A DNA stretch of 37,898 nt from a virus. Taxonomy: Duplodnaviria; Caudoviricetes. Each line of letters starts with the position of its first letter. Position 1 is the stretch's first letter. Under the pieces are notes generated by a model. That model did no database searches. It saw only the letters and a list, made by a program, of their open reading frames with translations, and had not been told where the DNA came from. Shown here one piece after another: positions 34,011 through 37,898 of this stretch. Position numbers and translations under genes: made by a program. The stretch lies in the IMG/VR virus record IMGVR_UViG_3300033486_000005, positions 1-37,898 of that record; one strand, given 5' to 3'.

Positions 34011-34484
34011 ATGGACCTTTTGACCGCCATACAGCTTGCATCGATGAAGGCGGCTGAGCAGCCGGACCACTCGGCTTGCCTCAGGCGTGTTTTTAGGTCC
34101 TACTCCAAAACGTTCCACACGCCCCTGCATACCGTAGAGGAACTCCCGGTGGAGGTGGTGCTTACAGCGTACTACGAGGAACTTTACTCGGAAATGGACC
34201 CGAAGGACCGCGAACTCGAAATCGCAGCCCTGTTAGAGACAGAAGAGCAACGTAAATCTCGTGTCGCCAAGAAGGACTCCGACGCCGCTGCTGTGAGTTC
34301 GATTCTGAATGACGCCGCCCTACTTGAGGCCATTAAGGTGGTCGGCAAGAAGAAGACGGCGCCAAAGATCGGGGATCCACAAAAAGTGGATCCCACACCC
34401 GGGGCTGACGGGACCCCGAGCAAATCGACGTTGAGCCTAATGCGCGAGATCCCCCCGGATATCGCTATGATTTTTGGTGAGTGA
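34011..34484 (+). CDS. Putative second tail assembly chaperone
   Basis: Synteny before tape measure; YSKTFHTPL..VEEL. Confidence 0.45.
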   Translation: MDLLTAIQLASMKAAEQPDHSACLRRVFRSYSKTFHTPLHTVEELPVEVVLTAYYEELYSEMDPKDRELEIAALLETEEQRKSRVAKKDSDAAAVSSILNDAALLEAIKVVGKKKTAPKIGDPQKVDPTPGADGTPSKSTLSLMREIPPDIAMIFGE

Positions 34485-34486
34485 TT

Positions 34487-34564
34487 ATGGACGTCATGAA
34501 ACCTAATTCTCTGGCCATCAAAGCTCCGTGGTTAGAGCTAGAGTGGCTGAAGGGTCAATCTTAA
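34487..34564 (+). pseudogene. Relic of zinc-ribbon endonuclease N-terminus
   Basis: MDVMKPNSLAIKAPWLELEW matches KPNSLAIKTPWLESEW of 24096..25238. Confidence 0.75.
34556..34562 (+). promoter_or_regulatory. Putative late promoter CAATCTT, 6 nt before ATG 34569
   Basis: Recurrent motif, no SD. Confidence 0.6.
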
Positions 34565-34568
34565 AATC

Positions 34569-37247
34569 ATGTCAGACCAGCGCGATATTCGCTTTAAGTT
34601 CGCCGTAGACGCTCAGAGCATGGGCAGCGTCGAGCGCGCCCTCGATCAGCTGATCAGGAAATCACAGGAACTCGCCAAATCCCTCAACTCCGTCTCGATC
34701 GGTGGCGCGGGCGGCGGATTGCTGTCGGGCAAGGTGGGCAAATCCGGTTCAGGTCCAAGTAAACCCGGTGGTGGCCCCCAGTCGCAGACCTCTTTCGTCG
34801 GAGTGATGGCTAGCCAGGCTTCGGCGTTCCAGAAATTAGCTCAAGATTCAACTAGTTCGATGCGGGCTATGGGCGACTCCGTATCACGCGGAGTCTCCAG
34901 TCAGCAATCCGAGATCAACCGCCTCAAGAATTCCCTAGACGATCTGGCTAAGACATACGTACGTGCCGGTAACGCCGCGGGCACTTTGTCTTCAAAGACG
35001 ATGCCGAGCGCCGCGGGCACTTTGTCTTCAAAGACGATGCCGAGCGCCGCACGGGCGGGCTATTTTAGTCCAGCCGGAACCGGTCTCCTCCCGGGTATTC
35101 CTTACCCCACAGCCGGCGGTGGCATGACTGGTATGTTCTCGCCAGTCAACTTTACCATGCAAAACCAGGCCCAAGGTATGGCCGCACTCATGGGGCAAAT
35201 GGGCGCACAAGGCGGCTTCGCTGGCGGTGCCGGACTCGGCGGGCTATTTGCAGGTGCCCGTGGCGGACTCAACGCTATCGGTGGCGCGTCTTTGCCCGCC
35301 GGAGCGCAGCAAGCCCTATCGATGCTCCCGGGTGGGGCTTTGATGGCTCGCATGGCAAACCCGGCGACAGCTCTTGCTATGGCTGGGGTGTGGGCCGCTA
35401 CCAGCGCAGCAAGGGGTGTCTACGACGCCCCCATATTCGAGTCGCGGATCGCTGGAGACATCGTAAGCGGACGAGACTCGTACGCCCGCAAACTCCGTGT
35501 AGGGGACACGTCGGATATGCGTGCGTTGGCGCGCATCCAAGCAGACCCGGTCAAGCGCGCCAATATGGAGGCCATGCAAGGCACAGGTGGGGCGGGTCTG
35601 TTTTCTACTATGTGGGAGGGAAAAGATGCTGGGTATGGTAAGTGGACCAACCGCGCAGCCATGGTCGCGCTGGGGCCACTGGCGCTCCTTAACTCCCCGA
35701 CAGCAATGAGGGAGGCAGGTATTCGTGGAGGGGCGGCATGGGAAGCGGGCTCGGGCGGACACTTCGCGACGGCCTTTAACGCACTGACCGGCGACCGGAC
35801 AAACCCGATAATCGGCAAGCAAACGGACGCTGCCTTAAAGGAAACAATTAATGCGGAAATCCGAGCCGAAGGCCTACGAGATGAAATCATTGCGGAAGGC
35901 TATGCCAACGCCCGAAGTAGCGTAGGGTTCCAGCGTGCTATGGGGATTGGATCCGGCCGTAAGCGCGATAAAACAGGTAAGCCTATAGCGGGCACGTACG
36001 TAAGCAACGCCGAAATATTTGCGGCGAATTACAACATGTTCTCGCAAGAAGAACTGGTAGCAGCCTCGACTGGGATTACCGCGGCCGGTGGTCGTAGATC
36101 CCGTTTCGGCAAAGAGGGAATGTTTGACTCGGTCCTACAAGCTACTGCAGCACAGATGACTGGGATGGCTCACTTCGGCGGCGTGTTTGGCCGTGAAGGT
36201 GGCACGCGCGGTCGCGACATGGTCGATATTGCCCGCACTCTAGCCGCCCAATCCGACGTGGGGACCGCGAGTCTGATTTCCGATTACGCCGCCAAGCAGC
36301 AAGATCAAATGCTGATGGCGAACGCGGTCGGCGCCGGCACACTCGGGGTTTTGAGTTATGGAACCGACGCGCCTGCTGGAGCTTTGGTGGCCCGTCAGAA
36401 CATCCTAGGAATGGCGTCGATGGACAAGGTCTACTCCGGCGACCGTGACGCATGGCAAAAGGCGGCCAATCTCAGCGCTGTCATATCCGCCGCGCCAGGG
36501 GCCAACTACTACGCCCAACAGTATATGGCGACCAACCTGACGGCAGCCAGAACCGCGGAACTCGAAGCCGGACGACCTCTGACAGAAGAGGAGCGAGGCA
36601 ATTTCCCAGGCATGAGCGAAGAAGAGGCTCGCCAGCAACTCGTTACCGCCGGTCGTGGCATCCGGCAAACTTCTGCATATCGCGTAGCCACGACCGGATT
36701 TACTCCGGGCTCAAAACAGCAAAAATGGGCCGAAGCCATGCAAAAGCCCGGATTTATTGCTTCCGATGCGGCGCTCAAAATGTTCGGCGGCGAGGACATG
36801 AAGTGGTCAGATGCCGAACGAGAAGAATACTTTCAGGTCGCAGGTCTCGTGCGCAGCAAGCAAACCGGAGAAGGGTACGCTGCATCTAAGGGGGCCGTCC
36901 GCGACGAATTCGCCTTGGGGCGCGAAGCCGTCAAGGGCAAGGGCGTCGGCGACACATCCGCAGGATCGCGCGCTGCCGTCGAGCTCAGAACCGAAGCTGA
37001 AGTCAAAAAGAAGGACTTGGCCCAGCAAGACGCCTTTACTGAAGAAACAGACAGGCAGAAAAAAGAGTTAGCTACCGCATACCAGAGTCTACTAGGACAG
37101 TCCGGCAATATCGCCGCTGTTTCTAAATCTATCGCCGAAATTCTCTTGCGACACGCCAAAGAATTAACCGCCATTGAGAAGGCGTTTGGACCCGCAAAAG
37201 CCGGAGCTCCCTCCGGAAAAACCGTTACGTTTCAACCAAAACAATGA
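34569..37247 (+). CDS. Tail tape measure protein
   Basis: 892 aa, Ala/Gly/Met-rich helical, N-terminal IRFKFAVDA, after chaperones. Confidence 0.7.
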   Translation: MSDQRDIRFKFAVDAQSMGSVERALDQLIRKSQELAKSLNSVSIGGAGGGLLSGKVGKSGSGPSKPGGGPQSQTSFVGVMASQASAFQKLAQDSTSSMRAMGDSVSRGVSSQQSEINRLKNSLDDLAKTYVRAGNAAGTLSSKTMPSAAGTLSSKTMPSAARAGYFSPAGTGLLPGIPYPTAGGGMTGMFSPVNFTMQNQAQGMAALMGQMGAQGGFAGGAGLGGLFAGARGGLNAIGGASLPAGAQQALSMLPGGALMARMANPATALAMAGVWAATSAARGVYDAPIFESRIAGDIVSGRDSYARKLRVGDTSDMRALARIQADPVKRANMEAMQGTGGAGLFSTMWEGKDAGYGKWTNRAAMVALGPLALLNSPTAMREAGIRGGAAWEAGSGGHFATAFNALTGDRTNPIIGKQTDAALKETINAEIRAEGLRDEIIAEGYANARSSVGFQRAMGIGSGRKRDKTGKPIAGTYVSNAEIFAANYNMFSQEELVAASTGITAAGGRRSRFGKEGMFDSVLQATAAQMTGMAHFGGVFGREGGTRGRDMVDIARTLAAQSDVGTASLISDYAAKQQDQMLMANAVGAGTLGVLSYGTDAPAGALVARQNILGMASMDKVYSGDRDAWQKAANLSAVISAAPGANYYAQQYMATNLTAARTAELEAGRPLTEEERGNFPGMSEEEARQQLVTAGRGIRQTSAYRVATTGFTPGSKQQKWAEAMQKPGFIASDAALKMFGGEDMKWSDAEREEYFQVAGLVRSKQTGEGYAASKGAVRDEFALGREAVKGKGVGDTSAGSRAAVELRTEAEVKKKDLAQQDAFTEETDRQKKELATAYQSLLGQSGNIAAVSKSIAEILLRHAKELTAIEKAFGPAKAGAPSGKTVTFQPKQ
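34973..35050 (+). repeat. Perfect 36-bp tandem duplication (AAGTLSSKTMPS x2)
   Basis: 34973-35008 = 35009-35044, plus 6-bp partial third copy. Confidence 0.9.
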
Positions 37248-37898
37248 CCGCCCCCAGCTACGACCTAGTCAAAGAGTTTACCGACCAAACTACACCAGAC
37301 TACATCTCTACCAGTCCGTTTTGGGTGATGGCGATCGTCCGTTGGGCGCAGCCCCTCACGTTCTCTCGCAGCAAGCTGTTGACGCACGACGCAGACGTCC
37401 AGTTTGACGCCAGTGTCGAGTCGTTGATCCGAGAAAAAGAAGTGTTGGTTGTATCGGATGATATTCTGTCGATGTCTATCTCATCTTCGAAGAATTCATA
37501 CACGCCCACAATGTCCGTCACCTTCGCTGGCGGAGACATCAATTATTTGGCAGAAATCCAGCCGAACGACTGGGTTATGGCTTGGATCGTCAATGATGAG
37601 TCCAAAGGTAAAGCGCTGTTCGACCGGATTCTGGAGCTGAAGCCATGTAACCTGTTCGATGACGGCCTTAAATTCATCGGCCGCGTTCAAACCATCTTCC
37701 AGGACATCAATCAAACCGGAGACGGCAAGCGAACCGTGCGGTACGACATGACGGCTGTCGGCAACAAAGAGTTCGACTCCAAGGTCTATTACGACCCGCA
37801 ACTCAAGACAGAAGAGCCGAGCATCGGACAATTCCTGTTGGAACTCAACCTCCAACTCAAAGACATTCTGGCGGTTTCGTCAACGGACGTAGGTATTT
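37244..37898 (+). CDS. Putative baseplate hub protein (3'-truncated by window edge)
   Basis: ATGA overlap with tape measure; frame MTAPSYDLV... open to end; SISSSK..MSVTF..IQPNDWV..FIGRVQ pattern. Confidence 0.55.
   Translation, partial: MTAPSYDLVKEFTDQTTPDYISTSPFWVMAIVRWAQPLTFSRSKLLTHDADVQFDASVESLIREKEVLVVSDDILSMSISSSKNSYTPTMSVTFAGGDINYLAEIQPNDWVMAWIVNDESKGKALFDRILELKPCNLFDDGLKFIGRVQTIFQDINQTGDGKRTVRYDMTAVGNKEFDSKVYYDPQLKTEEPSIGQFLLELNLQLKDILAVSSTDVGI

Noticed and set aside
33960-34020. Programmed frameshift joining the two tail chaperone ORFs
   Set aside because: No XXXYYYZ slippery heptamer seen before the stop; the second ORF has its own ATG

Overview
Fragment of a large myovirus-like (contractile-tail) bacteriophage genome. 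Plus-strand virion genes (head-associated/internal proteins, fibre/decoration proteins, a LamG-Kelch protein, tail sheath, tail tube, tail chaperones, tape measure, start of a baseplate hub) are repeatedly interrupted by minus-strand accessory blocks. These blocks hold nucleotide-metabolism genes, an ATP-dependent DNA ligase, RNase H, a deaminase, TnpB, two zinc-ribbon endonucleases and many small ORFs. A tRNA-Ala(TGC) and an HslV/proteasome-like peptidase are also present. Most notable: (1) a tandem array of small SH3/KOW-like genes that end in a conserved SPH[YC]FQD-stop tag, with synonymous-codon evidence of selection on the peptide; (2) a second dispersed family of LRV-repeat proteins sharing a C-terminal VKxWL...(M/I)(S/T)LEEFL module; (3) a 1097-aa polyvalent protein (ADP-ribosyltransferase-like + HExxH + kinase-like) and two other proteins whose modules are punctuated by K-S/K-A motifs resembling prohead-protease sites, with shared YTP N-terminal leaders on three genes; (4) a YAATCTT putative late-promoter motif before nearly every plus-strand structural unit, three times exactly 6 nt before a leaderless ATG. 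All assignments come from motif reading only; no database searches were run.
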